This document shows, one piece after another, positions 14,696 through 28,329 of a stretch of DNA of 64,000 nucleotides; position 1 is the first letter of the stretch, and each line of letters begins with the position of its first letter. A program made the position numbers and the translations under genes. Source of the DNA: Eledone cirrhosa (lineage: Eukaryota); the NCBI GenBank assembly GCA_964016885.1, contig OZ024743.1:154876001-154940000 (forward strand), given 5' to 3'. Under the pieces are notes generated by a model. It was not told where the DNA came from, searched no databases, and was given only the letters and a program-made list of their open reading frames with translations.

Positions 14696-17600
14696 GATTT
14701 CTTTATTAACCACAAGGTTTACACACAGTAGACATTAAGGACACTACAGGACAATACAGGACGGTACAAAAGGGTATTTCTGCGTGTAAAAAAAACAAGA
14801 AACAGAGGATGTAATAATAGAACAATGAACAACATTCCCCAATAGGGGGGAGACTTCCGAGGGACATTCGTGGAGAAAGCCCATTAAAGAGCCACAGTGA
14901 CCCTGACCACCAGGGCAAGTGCCATCTCCCAGTTTTCCACCTTTAATGTACAGACACATACACAGAGTAGGCCCATTCACTCGGGCCATTCTTGCCTCTC
15001 TCACCCACCTTTCAACAAAATGCTGGGAAGAGAGCAGTTCCCTCTCTACCCTGATTTTCCTTTTCAAATTAAATTTGAAAAAGTTAATCAGGGCATCACC
15101 AAAGAGGTAAGTGCCCTTTCAAACGTGTCCACCATACTATCTCTTTCACCATGGCCACCAGGCAGATAAAAACTGCCTGCCCTTCCCTGCTAAAATAAGA
15201 AAGCGGGGCAATCCTCACAGTGGACTCAGCCGATACCTAGATGCGTCCTACACGCGACAGCAGGTGTTCGACATAAACCCACAAGTCAGCAATGCTCGGA
15301 CACTGGACGAGTGCGTGCAGGACGGTTTCGTCGCCCTGCGCGCATTTCGGACATGCCCGGCTGACGGCACTTCCATGCCTCTAGAGTTTATCCCGAACTG
15401 GCAAAGCTCCTATGTAGCACTGCCAGGCCAGGGATTTCTGGAAGTTGTCCATAGGCCCCGGCCGGAAAGTTCTTCCGAAGAGATTGGCTAGTTTATTTTC
15501 GTCGACGCCTACAGTTTCTCCAAGTACGTAGTCGCTTTCCCCCTCGACTAATCCTCTATAGAACGCCAAGGTGGAGTTTCCACCGATCACATTGCCCGAT
15601 TGGCGGTGGAGGGCTGTGAGCGCCTGAAGATATTCCAGTCTCCAAGCGCTCCCTCTCGGTCTTCGCTTGACCCAGGTCTGCAGCTCCGTCAATGAGACGA
15701 GCTGGGGAAAGACGGGTCTAGCAAACGGCTATCACACCTGATCACCCTCGAGGAAGAGGTGGAGATGTCGTAGCCTGGGCGCGTGTCTGCGCATCATCAG
15801 CCACGGCATTTCCAGCCCTCCACGTAGCGGGTGTTGAAAGCATGTGGACTGCCTGACCATCGGAGCGCGTCCCTTCCACAAAAAGCGAAAGAGCAAACGT
15901 TCCAGCGCAGTCAGGCGGGGCTTAGGAGAGGGTACCACGGTCAGGCGGTAGTAGATGACAGACGTGATATACGCGTTAGCCCCCTCCGCTTCACCTTTCA
16001 GGGATAGCTTCTTCTCCGCCCATTTCTGGGTGATAGAAGCCACCCTGCTCGTCACCTCGTTCCAGCTTTTGTCCGTCTGGTGGTCCGGACTGAACCAGAC
16101 CCCAAGCCGGTCCGTCCGTCCAGCGCCCGACGACGCTTTTGGACGGCATGGACCTGCCTCTCCAGGTGCCGAGCTGCAGGCCCACTGTCTTTTCCTGGTC
16201 GATCATAGCTCAAGTCACCGCTTCGTGTTCTCTTAGTGTAGTGCCGATCGCTTCGATGTGTTTGGCGTTCGACAACACTACGGTGACATCGTCCGCATAT
16301 GCTGACACGGATTTTCCGCATCCTAGTTCGCGCGGAACCCCCCCTAAACATCTCCAGTTTGTGCAGTAGTGGCTCAGGAGTCAATACGTAGAAGAGGGAC
16401 GAGAGGGGACATCATTGGCGGACCGAGCGCATGGTGTTGAACGGTTCCGAAAGGTGACCATTGACTCATACTACAGTGCAGATGTCGCTGTGATGGCAGC
16501 GATCCTGCCTCTGAAGACGGGCCCAAAGCCAGCCGCCCTCAGGACTGACGCTAGGTAACGATGGTCGACCCTATCGAAAGCTTTCGACTGATATAAATTG
16601 ATCAAGGACCCACCCGTGCCAGGTTTCCTAGCTAAGCTCTCTACGATGTATCGCATGAGGTGGAGTTTGTCGTGGATGGATCTCTCGAGAATGGCGCATG
16701 TCTGCGCATCTCCCATCAGGCCACCAACTACAAGCGCCTACCTCCTTTCTAGCACTTTGGCCAAAATCTTGAACTCTGTGTTTAGCAGAGTTATGGGCCT
16801 AAAATGATCTATGTTATCCCCCTTTTTCGGATCCTTTCTCAGCAGCTCCACGGCTCCTCGGCACACAGAGCTGGGAATTCTACCGTTCTGATGCCAGTTG
16901 CAGTAGACGTCCACCAAGAGGCCTCCGAACAAGTATGGCATATATAAGTAAAGTTCATAGGGCAGACCATCCAAACCAGGCGATTTACCCCTTGTGCAGC
17001 CAGTCATTGCCTCCCGTTCTTCAGCGGCTGTTATCGGCTTTTCGCAACACTCCGCCTCAGCGGCCGAGAGCCGCGGCAGTCCGTCGAGGTAAACACTAAA
17101 GTCCATCCATCAATCTGACCCGCGGCTGCCCCGAACTGTGCGAAGTGTCGCTGAAAAATTTCACACATTTGCCTGGGATCAAGTAGCATGCGCCCGTCGT
17201 GGTCCACCAAAGACCGGATCGTGGATTTGTGCCACGACGCGCCTCCGCCACTCGGGCCCATTGAACGGCTTTCGTCCCCTCGTGTCAGAGAGCACGCACC
17301 CTAGCTCTGACAACGCAGCCTTCGTGATTTGCATTGAAGAATTGGTCAAGGGTCAATTTCGCAGCAAGTACGTCGTTGCGATGCCTTTGCTAAGCGCCTC
17401 GTCTAATTTTCTAACTAATTCTCCCTCTGCTCTATTTTTCTCTATTGCTAAAGCCTTACTAAACCTAATGGACTCTATTGTAAATTCTCTTTTCAGAGCA
17501 AACCACCACTTGTTGACGATGGCCCCCGTCAACGCACGCTTAACTAGTTCGCTAATCTGGTCCCTGTAGACCTTGCGTGCTGGTAAGGACGCGTTTAGCT

Positions 17601-19855
17601 TCCAGTAACCGGGTACTCGTCTATGAAGCCTATCTAAGTCTAGCACATAGATCACGAATTTGTGGTCCGTGTAGCTGACTATCTTGAATTGTGGACAACC
17701 TATGCTAGACCTATCTATTTTCCTACAGAATACTCTATCTAGATATGATCTGGATGACCCTATGCGATTTGTCCAGGTCCACATTGGGACATTTGGGAAA
17801 TCCAATCGGTACCTCTAAGACAGTTCAAAACGCCTGAGCAGGATGGTGAGGCTCTTGCACCCACCTCCCCTATCCGCTAATCCCATACAGTCCCAGCGTG
17901 CAACTAAGATCCCGTTCCAGTCGCCCACTAACAATAAAGAGCGGGATGTTCAAGAAAGGTGTCCAGACGACGGAATAAATCAGGCCGCCCTGCTCCTGTC
18001 GGGGCATAGACGGCCATTAGCCTGAAAGCTTGCTCGTCTCCACTGGTCACGTCAGGCACCACCAACTTACCTTCTGGGTCCAGGAAGATGTCCCGTATGG
18101 CGAGATCCAAACCTCTCCGAAAAAGCACATCAACCCTAAAATCCAGGACGGCTGGGAGATGCGTACACCTCGTAGCCGCCGAAGATCGGTGCGAAGGCTC
18201 ATGCTTCGGAGAATCTGGTCTCGCTGATGGCCACTATATCTATGTTTAGTGACCTGAGGTCGTTGAGCAGGTGGCCCTGCTTCCATGACGACCCCAAGCC
18301 ACGCGCATTTATGCTGCCTATTCTGAGTGAGGTCATGTTACAATGGAGTTGAAAAAATGGGAAAGACCACTTAGCTTACTTCTCGTAGAGGAAGGATGGT
18401 TTGTCCATCCTTTTCAGTGCTTGTGCTCTCCTCCGGAAGGATGTCCTTATAAATCCCCCTGGAGAGTGTTTGTCGGAAGTCTCCGATGTCTTTGAGGAAT
18501 TTTTGTTTAAGTGTCGTGTACGTTATCTGTGTGATGCGAGTGATTTGTATGTGTGGAGGTGGTGTGAACAGGTGGGTTGTTGTGTAGTCTTTTTCTGTGA
18601 TGCTGGTGTTGTGTTGCATGTAGTGTAATCATTGGTTGTTGTTCAAATGTAATGCTGTGTAGTGTGTATCGTTTTGTTTGTTTTGTTTTGTTTGCGTTTG
18701 TTGTGGGTTTGTTTATGTTACGCTTGTTGGTGACTTTTGGTGTGTTGGTGATGGTGGTGTTGGGTTTAATGATGGTGATGGTGTTGGTGTTTGTGGTGAT
18801 GGGGTTGGTGATGCTGGTGTGGATGGTGGCATATCTGTCTTAACTTCTTTGTTTGATAGTTTATTTGTTTCCCTCTGTATTTAGTTTTTGGAGGGGGATA
18901 GAAGAGAGTTTTTTCTTTTTTGGTTTCTTTTTTCCTTTTTTCGTGATACCGTTTCCCACTCCTCGTCGTTCAATCTGTCTCCAGTTGCGATAGGCCGGGG
19001 AGTGGAAAATCCTCCACAGGCGTTGGTTTTGGTTGTGGCGTGGTGAAGGGTGCAGGCGCTGGTGCTAGTTCGGGCGCGTTGGGTGAAGGTGGTGTTGGTT
19101 TTGCTACTGTTGCTGCGGTTGTTGCTGTTACAGTTGCTTCTCTTGTTGCTGCTACAGTTGTTGCTGCCATCTCTGATGCTGGTGGTGTTGGTGGTTCAGT
19201 CAATGGGGTGGGTTGGATAGGTGGCCTCAACCTTTTAGCCTGAGGGCAGAAAGCCCTTAGATGGGTTCCTTCACCACAAACGACACATCTAGGCCTTCTG
19301 CCCTCGACGGTTACGGTGAGATTGCTGCCGTCAGTGAGGTCTATTACCTCTGGTATCTCCACAATGCTTTATGGTCCGCTTCGATCAGGAGTTCCATCCC
19401 AGATCCGGAGCAGTTCTCCTGCTTTTCTGTCGCTATTTCGATTATCTTGGTGTTGGTGGTGGTGGCTTTAACACCTGCAGTCATTGGTAATGGCGGGAAA
19501 TGAATGTCTACCTGAGACAAATTTTAAATATTGCTACTGCTTATATTTTTAGTGTTGGCAAACGTAGTAATATTTACAATGGTGGTGTCGGTGTGAGGTG
19601 TTAGTTTGTGAGGAAGGAGTGACTTCGAGCCGGCCATGATTTTTCAAAGAAATTTTTTTTTGTTTGATAATTAAAACAAATTTAAATTTTGGGCTCAAGG
19701 CCCCAATCTTTTTGAGTGTCCTTTTCAGAAATCAATGTATGTGTACTTATATACAGTTAAAAATAAAAACTTTCCATAAATAGCGATTTTAAAAAACTGA
19801 AAATAAGAAATCTTTGCGGCGCTCACGATGATACGATTTACTAAGTAGGTCGTCA
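14696..19855 (-). mobile_element. Tx1-type retrotransposon, copy 2, both ends present, ORF1 partly deleted
   Basis: 5' UTR starts at an ATT run near 19855 and the ORF1 ATG is at 19637. Zinc knuckle RPRCVVCGEGTHLRAFC. The APE domain starts near 18337 and includes SYLDRVF and TDHK. RT motifs KSPGLDGLP, FRPITLLN and KAFDRVDH. 3' AATAAA plus (ATT)n tail. Confidence 0.93.
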
Positions 19856-21275
19856 ATAATAATGATTTCTTTATTAACCACAAGGGTTTACACAAAGAAG
19901 ACATTAAGGACAGTACAGGACAATACAGAAAGGTACAAAAGGGCATTTCTGCGTGTAAAAAAAAATAAGAAACAGAGGATGTAATAAAAGAATAATGAAA
20001 AAATTCCCCAATAGGGGGGAGACTTCCGAGGGACATTCGTGGAGAAAGCCCATTAAAAAGCCACAATGACCCTGACCACAGGGCAAGTGCCCTCTCCCAG
20101 TTTTCCACCTTTAATTTACAGACACATACTCAGAGTAGGCCCATTCACTCGGGCCATTCTTGCCTCTCTCACCCATCTTTCAACAAAATGCTGGGAAGAG
20201 AGCAGTTCCCTCTCTACCCTGATTTTCCTTTTCAAATGAAATCTAAAAAAGTTAATCAGGGCATCACCGAAGAGGTAAGTGCTCGTCTTCAGCACTTTCA
20301 AACTTGTCCACCATACTATCTCTTTCGCCATGGCCATCAGACAGATAAAAACGGCCTGCCCTTCCCGGTTAAGGGAAGAGGGCGGGGCAATCCTCACGAT
20401 GGACTCAGCTGATAGCTGGATCCGTCCTACACGCGACAGCAGGTGTTCGACATAAACCCACAAGTCAGCAATGCTCGGACACTGGACGAGTGCGTGCAGG
20501 ATGGTTTCGTCGTCCACCTGCGTGCATCTCGGACATTCCCGGCTGACGGCACCTCCATTCCTGTAGAGTTTATCCCGAACTGGCAAAGCTCCGCGGTAGC
20601 ACTGCCAGGCCAGGGATTTCTGGAAGTTGTTCATAGGCCCCGGCCTGAAAGTTCTTCCGAAGAGATTGGCTAGTTGATTTTCGTCGACGCCTAGAGTTTC
20701 CCCATGTACATCGTCGCTCTTCCCCTCCACTCATCCTCTATAGAACGCCAAGGTGGTGTTTCCACCGATCACATTGCCTGATTGGTCGAGGGCTGTGAGC
20801 GCCTGAAGACATTCCAGTCTTCAAGCGCTCCTTCTCGTTCTTCGCTTGACCCAGGACTGCAGCTCCGTCAAGTAGACGAGCTGGAGAAAGACGCGTCTAG
20901 CAAACGGCGACCACACCTGATCATCCTCGAGGAAGAAGTGTGATGTCGTAGCCTGAGCGTGTGTCTGCGGATCATCAGCCACGGCATTCCCAGCCCTCCA
21001 CGTAGCAGGTGTTGATAGCAGATCGACCGCCTGACAAGTGGAGCGCGTCCCTTCCACAAAAAGCGAACGATCAGACGCTCCAGCGCAGTCAGGCGGGGTT
21101 TAGGACAAGGTAGGACGGTCAGGCGGTAGTGGATGACGGACGCGATATACGCGTTAGCCACCTCCGTTCGACCTTTCAGGGATAGCTTCCTCTCCGCCCA
21201 TTTCTGGGTGAGAGATGCCACGCTGCTCGTCACCTCGTCCCAGTTTTTGTCCGTCTGGAGGTCCAGACCGAACCA
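19856..21275 (-). mobile_element. Tx1-type retrotransposon, copy 3, 5'-truncated, in tandem with copy 2
   Basis: ORF 20116-20730 encodes the C-terminal zf-RVT region (CPRC...ETILHALVQC). The 3' UTR is nearly identical to copy 2. Confidence 0.92.
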
Positions 21276-22570
21276 GCAGACAATGAACTGAATACTGAAA
21301 TAAATAACATCTAGAACATCAGGCCATTGTCGAAATGAATGCTGACGGGCTAGGGCAAGATTTGGTTACTATTCTGAACTTAGTGGTAGAGGAAATGAAC
21401 AATGATAGTGGGAAACCTATGAACCTAAGATGTGTAGACAAGAAAAAGTTGAAAGAAACATCAGCTAAGGTAAACAAGCTCATTCCAAACCTTGAGGCGA
21501 GGAACCTACACAAATGCAACAATATCCTCAAAGCAACCGCAAATGTGGTGAACAAATTACTTGCCATACAAACGGGAGGAAACAACACATAAGAAAGATC
21601 AGAACCCTGGTGGAAGAAACGACTGAATGACAAATGAGAAAATACATTGGAACGGGACATTACAAAACATAGACACTAAATACAGATTGAAAATAAAATA
21701 CAAAACTTGGGGCAAAGGCCTAAATGTTATCATAGAAAAACTGAAGCAACGCATTGTAGCAACAAGTGTAATGATTAGGTGGTATGAGAACAGAGTTTGT
21801 CAGTATAGACAGAACTACATGTTTGACAACAACTAGAACATGTTGTTTGAACAGCTTGAAGGGAAAGAAAGTGGCAACGATGTGATCCCTGAGGCTGAAC
21901 AGACATTCTTAAAAAAGCTGCAGAAGGATTGATAATGGCTGCGCAAGGGCAAGCCCTCAGAACGAAGTGGGTGAAACACCATATTGACAAGGAGGAGGCT
22001 AGCTCACCGTGTAGGATCTGTGGAGAGAGAGTGGAGACTGTGGCTCACATTGTATCCAGACTCACTATAAATGCTGGAGACATGATATGATAGGCAGGGT
22101 GATCCACTGGCATCTATGCAACTAAACAATTTACCACATTCTGAGAAGTGGTATGTTCATAAAACAGAGTCGGTGATAGAAAACGATCATGTGAAGGTGG
22201 AGTAGCATTTTAGGATACAGACGCACAAGACATTAGAACACAATAGGCCTGACCTGATGGTTTGGGACAATGTAAAAAGATCGCGCCTGATTGTAGATGT
22301 AGCCTAGCCCTTTGACACGAGAGTGCAAGAAAAGGAGATGGAGAAAATTAAACGATACTAAGATTTAAAGTGGGAATTAAAGAGGATTTGGAACTGCCAC
22401 GAAATCAAGGTCTTCCCATTGACATAGGCGCACTAGGTACTATCTCAAAGAGTTTCCAAGTATGGTTAAAGAAGATTAGTCCTAGCCCCGTTTTTCGGAA
22501 CAATCAAAAGGCATGCTTGCTGGGAATAGCAAGAACCCTCCGATACGTCCTGAATGTCTGAGGCTGAGGT
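21276..22570 (+). mobile_element. R4/Dong-type RLE retrotransposon family B, large internal deletion
   Basis: Homologous to 61365-63910. The N-terminal part is joined near 21915 to the zinc-knuckle and RLE region, so the RT core is missing. Confidence 0.85.
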
Positions 22571-23974
22571 ATGTTTACCTCCGAGGAAATTATATAATAC
22601 ATGTATTTATATATATAAATGTCTGCATGAGATTACGTGCATAAATGCTTATACATACTTATTTCTTGCTATTTCTGTATGATTCATAGCAAACAAATAT
22701 ATCTATATCTATGCATATCTCATGCTACTGCTAAATAGCGAGTCATAAATACATTCGAGATGCATTTACAACGTGTCTTATTATTCATTTTAGCTTGCTA
22801 AAAATATTTTATAACCTCGCGTGTATCATACATCAATACGTAGCTACCTAGTGTAATCCAATTCGCTTCAGCTTTGCAGCCGTCGTTCTCATAACACTAT
22901 TCCGATGCAATGCTTTCACTATTACGGGACATTTATCCATAGTAAAATATCAATCTTTAAAAACGTTATCATCATTTAATCTCATTAGAATTAGATTTTG
23001 TTTAAAATACCCTAAACATTATTGTGGATTAATTTTTTAAAATTCTATGTCTTTGTCTACATATGGATGATGATATGTAAAGTGTTCAATCTCTTGAAGT
23101 TTAGAAACGAAAGATAAAACAAATAGCATGCATCTGATCATTGATTATATAAACATTGATTTCTATTAATATCTATTCTTAGACTTTGATTTTTAAAGAC
23201 ATATCGAATTTGGCTTTTTCGTAACATCAGAAGGCAACTCCACTAGTTTTTGTGCCATTTCACTTCTTCCTTGTTTGAAATACTTATATTTCTCCTCTTG
23301 GATATTTCCTACACTGAATAACCCACTTTATTTCTTTATATTTAATATATTTTCTCTTTGTTCAGACTTTCTTATTCGTCATGGTGTTATAGACATGAGT
23401 AATTAAACTTTGGCTTTATATTGATATTCCAACTTATTTAGTTTTAGTTTACATGACAGTGGTTTTCTTTTTTGTGGGTTATTCAGCCTAAAGTATAAGA
23501 TTCATAATGTCTATTTTAGAATTAATGCAGTAGTATTAATATTTTAGGATCTCATATACAATATGGCAACCAATCTATTTTGATGTTCGAAATCTGAGAC
23601 GAAGCCAATCCCAGACGTGTTTCTTTTTATGTATCACATCAAAAAGCGTAAAGAATCTTTGCTTTTTATTCTTTTAGTGCAGATCAGTCTTTCTATTGTC
23701 CACTTTTATTTCTCTATATATTTGATCTATTTATGAGTGTATCTGGTGATTATTCCTGAGCTCATAAAAGTTGCTGTAAAGTTGCTGTACTGGGGTCGAT
23801 TCTTCCTCAGTATTTCGTTCACTTTGAGGATCTCTCTCACTCTCAATCTTTTTCTGGAAGAAATCTGCTGCACTTAGGCCTAGAGAGGGACGGGCTCCGT
23901 CAGGCTTAAAATGCCCAAGAAATGACATATGTCAATGTACGGTACATCTACGACTCTATCAGGAGTTACGGGGC

Positions 23975-24080
23975 CATACATGCATACATACATAAATACA
24001 TACATACATCCATACATCCATACATACATACATATATACATGCATGCATGCTTACATACATACATGCATACATACATACG
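23975..24080 (+). repeat. (ATAC)n microsatellite
   Basis: Direct observation. Confidence 0.95.
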
Positions 24081-24084
24081 AACA

Positions 24085-24950
24085 GGAAATCGACACAAAA
24101 TACCTGATTCACAAGAGAGAGGGGTGCAGGCAATACACCTAGATGTGACAAGTGCAGACTCTGCAGAATTAACATCGAAAATGTCACCTACGTCATAAGC
24201 AGCGGTCCATGGTATGATGTAATGGCTAAGACATTAAAAATGCAATCAGTAGAAAATATAGCCTCGAAAATGAAGAAAAATAAAAGTTACAGCAATGTGG
24301 AAGACATACACATTCATAATATGAAAGATCACGGGGGGTATATTTCATTCAAAATCCCAAGAAAATGCAAGCATAACAGACCAGATATAATGATATGGCA
24401 CAGGGAAAAGGAGGCATGCGAAGTAGTGGGAGTTAGCCTCCAGCAGAGGCCAATATAATATTTAAGATTAGTGAAAATGTGAAATTCTATGCGGAACTGA
24501 TGAGAAATCTGCCGATACTCCACCCTGAATATACCTTCACATTTATACATGTGCCTTTTGGGGCAGCAGGATATGTTAGCAACTGCTTCCGAACAAATCT
24601 CAAGAAACTGGGCTTTACAGAACCAGAAAGAACGCGAATAGTTAGGAAATTACAAATACAAATCATTAATGGAACAGTAATAATATGTAAAACATTCCAA
24701 AAATCCTGCGTCTAATAACTGTATGTACGAATGCAGAGATACAATGCACATGCACAGGCACACATATAACTAAAAACATCCACGTCCACACATACAATAA
24801 CATCTATATCTGCACACAAATGCATTCATGCAGACATGCATACCTATCTACCTAGTTGATATTGTGTAAATTCCAATGAGAAAGTGTTGTATCTATTTTA
24901 GAAAGCGACTCTACCTCTCTATTGGTAAAAATGTTTAGAAATAAAAAAAA
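24085..24950 (+). mobile_element. 3' fragment of a third RLE-type non-LTR retrotransposon family
   Basis: CKHNRPDIMIW...EVVGVS and KFYAELMRNL...GAAGYV resemble an RLE C-terminus. AATAAA and an A-run occur near 24940. Confidence 0.7.
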
Positions 24951-25492
24951 CTAAATAATATATATACATATATTCCTCCATAGATACATTATGAACCATT
25001 TCATTTCTCTATATACCAACAATTTAACTAAATTGCTATGTAAACTGTAAACTTTGCTTCTCTGTGTGACTTCGTTACAAAATAAGTAATCATTTTAATT
25101 TAACATCAATTACCGATTTATATGAAAATGTATTTGGACTTACATTGATGTAATATTTCGGCCTGCTACCACTGAACACCTTATACAAGCACGAATACAA
25201 TATATGTAATCAGAGAATTCTGATTAAAGTATTGAATTTATAAAATACTATATGTTACGATTCGTTAGATAAATAATAAAGCCGGTGAAAGTGTGTGCAG
25301 CTACTGAAAACAGATTAAATATTTCCAGTAAATGAATTTTAAATTCAGAAAGCTAGAATTAAGGCTTAAGTTGATAATGATATATATATTATTTAATGAG
25401 TTGCATGAGCTGTCTATAACCAAGCCCAGATTGTAATAAATGTGTTCTAAATATTTCAACTAAAAATGAACTGATCCCTTTTAATAGAATAT

Positions 25493-25529
<37 letters not shown>

Positions 25530-28329
25530 ACACACAAATAAAAATAAAAAGAACGTCAGACCGAGTCCTAACATCAGTGATACTCCTATTTTGTGACAAC
25601 TATAACTTACAAACAAAGTTTGTTATACGTTTAGTATAAACGTTATAAATAGTGACAACTTATATAAAAATCGTGTACAATATAGTTACTTATACGTATA
25701 TAGAATTCATATTTATAATACATATTTTTTTTTCTTTTCAGACACTTCATTTTTACTTCATACAATGTGATGTAATTATTGTAATTCTTATCACTATAAT
25801 CTCTATGAATCTACACTGTATACACAAAGTCCCTGAAATTTCCATTCATGTCGGAGAGCAAATAAATGCTATGACCCAGTCATATTGGAAGCTGTTGGTT
25901 GTACGGTACTAATTCATTAGGTGTCCATTGCCAGCATAACCTATATTTGTGATTCTCTGTGTTTCTGTTCATGCTTTCTTATAGCTGTCCGTTGATCATT
26001 TCATATAGGTTAAACAACATATTTCTCCTCCATATAAACATTCTTAATTCCATTCTATTTGAAGTTCATCTTATTCCATATTATATTCTATTCTATCTTA
26101 ACTACTTATTTTACATTTTGCATTTTAAAATATATTCATTAATAGAGATATGCCCAATAGAAAGCACCGCTGAATGATCGAAGAATAAATAAAATAATGA
26201 CTTGTTTCCTTTTCGTCTCCGCTATTTGCCCGTCAACAAATAAGGACAGCATTTCAAAGAATTAGGTTACTTTAATGTATGTAATTATAATCAAACGATT
26301 CAAATAGAAATTGTTTTAGTATCTAGTAAATAGATTTTTATATTAAATGGATATTTCTAATATATATGATGTGGAAATATTTTTTAATATTATAGCCTAC
26401 CGAACAATAAATTTGGTGTGTCTATTTATTTCCTATTACTTGAAATGAAACAAGGTAAATCACCAGTTTTGAACGGTAACTTTACATATATAATGACGAT
26501 GTTATTTCCATATTTACATTCTCCTAATAGTCTAAGTAGCTTACTTTTGTTTATACTCGCTAACCAGACGCGTGTCATGTATAAGATTAATGTTTAGTTT
26601 GAAAAATTAAAAAAAATGTTTTAAATCTGACTATAGGGATGGGATAACACATTAGTGTTGAAAAAATCTCGTTAACATTAACGAAACGAGATTAGTTGGT
26701 CTATTTCAATTAAAATTATATGATTTCTATAACGACAGTTATGACAGGGAAGTAATTATAAATACATTGGTAACTGATAATCGAAAAGTTAGAGATTTCA
26801 ATATGCAGACATGTGACCCTAGAATTTAAGGGTTATAAGTGCTATGTTATAAGTGTTAAGTTCTATTAGAATGCAACAACATGAATATGAACACTGAATT
26901 TGCACACTCACATCTACGTGAGCAGTAGTGCAATATGGTGTTTACTTGTTACATATTCAAAAGGGAAAGCTGGGCCCATATATGGGTAATATAATTCCAT
27001 TAAACTCTTATGGGTACATTGTGTATTTCCATGCTTGTATCAGACAGTTTTGCTGATGTAAACACGGCACGTCTATTATCGAACGGTCCAAGAATTAGGT
27101 ATCACTGATCCATGGGAACAATACATATAACATACATAAATAAACATACATAAATAAAAGCGTACAATGACATATGTGTGTTTGTGTGAGACTATTTAAA
27201 TATATATATAAATGTGTGTCTGTATATATATATATATATATATATGTATTTGTGTCGTTATTTGATTGTGTGTGAGTGTGTGTGTGCGTGTGTGCGCGCG
27301 CGCATGCCTGTATGTGTGTGTAAAATATGTTCCTGATATTTCTTAATTTGATACATAGAACATTTATTTTATCGCTGGAAATGTGTATGCTTAACCAGCA
27401 ATCGCAAGAGATGTTTCCATCCCTCTTATCTCTTGTGTCAGATATTATCTACCATTGTTAACGTGAATAACAACGATTCTAAACAAATTATTGTGTTCGT
27501 TAAACATGTTGATGGGTGGGAAGTTGCATCAAATAAGAAATTATTTGAATCGAGGAAGTAAAAGTGTGTAAAGAAATACCACCGGATATTTTGTCCGACT
27601 TTCTACTGATTTTCTTAAAAGATTATAATATCACACAGTAGGAATGAAAGTGTATCGAAAATACTTGTCGGTTTTCCAATGAGAGACTGGGCAATCGAAT
27701 TGTTCGACAATGTCTGAACCTAGATTAGAAAATATGACCAATAAAATAACTTTAAACAATGGGTGAACGTGACACAATTTAATAGAATATATTGCTATCT
27801 GACCCTCTCCCTTACTGGTTGAATATTATTACATGTGTACATTTCCTTTCACCTATGCAACGTTTCAAATGTCGATTTTCTGATAGTGCAGCACTGCCAA
27901 TACTCTAAAAGAGGTAATAATCTCGACTATTTTGTTATTGATTCTACGTTTACTCGATCGTGGTTGATGTGAGGCTAAACATCGCCGACAGCAATAACAA
28001 CATTACTATCAACAAACATATTACTTCGTATGCTGAAACGTACAGAATATGTGATGACATTTTTATGATTTGAATATTAATGTCACAATTATCTTGGATT
28101 GGGGAACGTAACTGAAATTGTATTAATTGGTTAAAAGTACATCGGAAAGCTGGTGCAATGCGGTTGAAATATATAAAGGGAAACGGATGACAAATGAAAG
28201 GAAACAAAGTCATTTTTTTATCCAGTATATTTCTACATAATCTTTCAGAGATGATGCCCGCTTTTTCAAATATAAAATAAATCAAACGCTGTGTTCTTCA
28301 TTAAATGGTCCAGGTGTCTTGATTACGCA

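Noticed and set aside
4477-21233. Plus-strand ORFs over Tx1 copies and minus-strand ORFs over Dong copies, including recurring ones such as 13451-13828 and 59569-59952
   Set aside because: They are antisense shadows of retrotransposon ORFs. Recurrence reflects copy identity, not independent coding.
22700-23760. Possible degraded Penelope RT on the plus strand (HMDD and FLD-like words)
   Set aside because: The motifs are too short and out of frame to support without a profile search.
24950-27900. Short hydrophobic ORFs in AT-rich DNA as host exons
   Set aside because: No recognisable domains or consistent splice structure. Small host exons cannot be excluded without RNA data.
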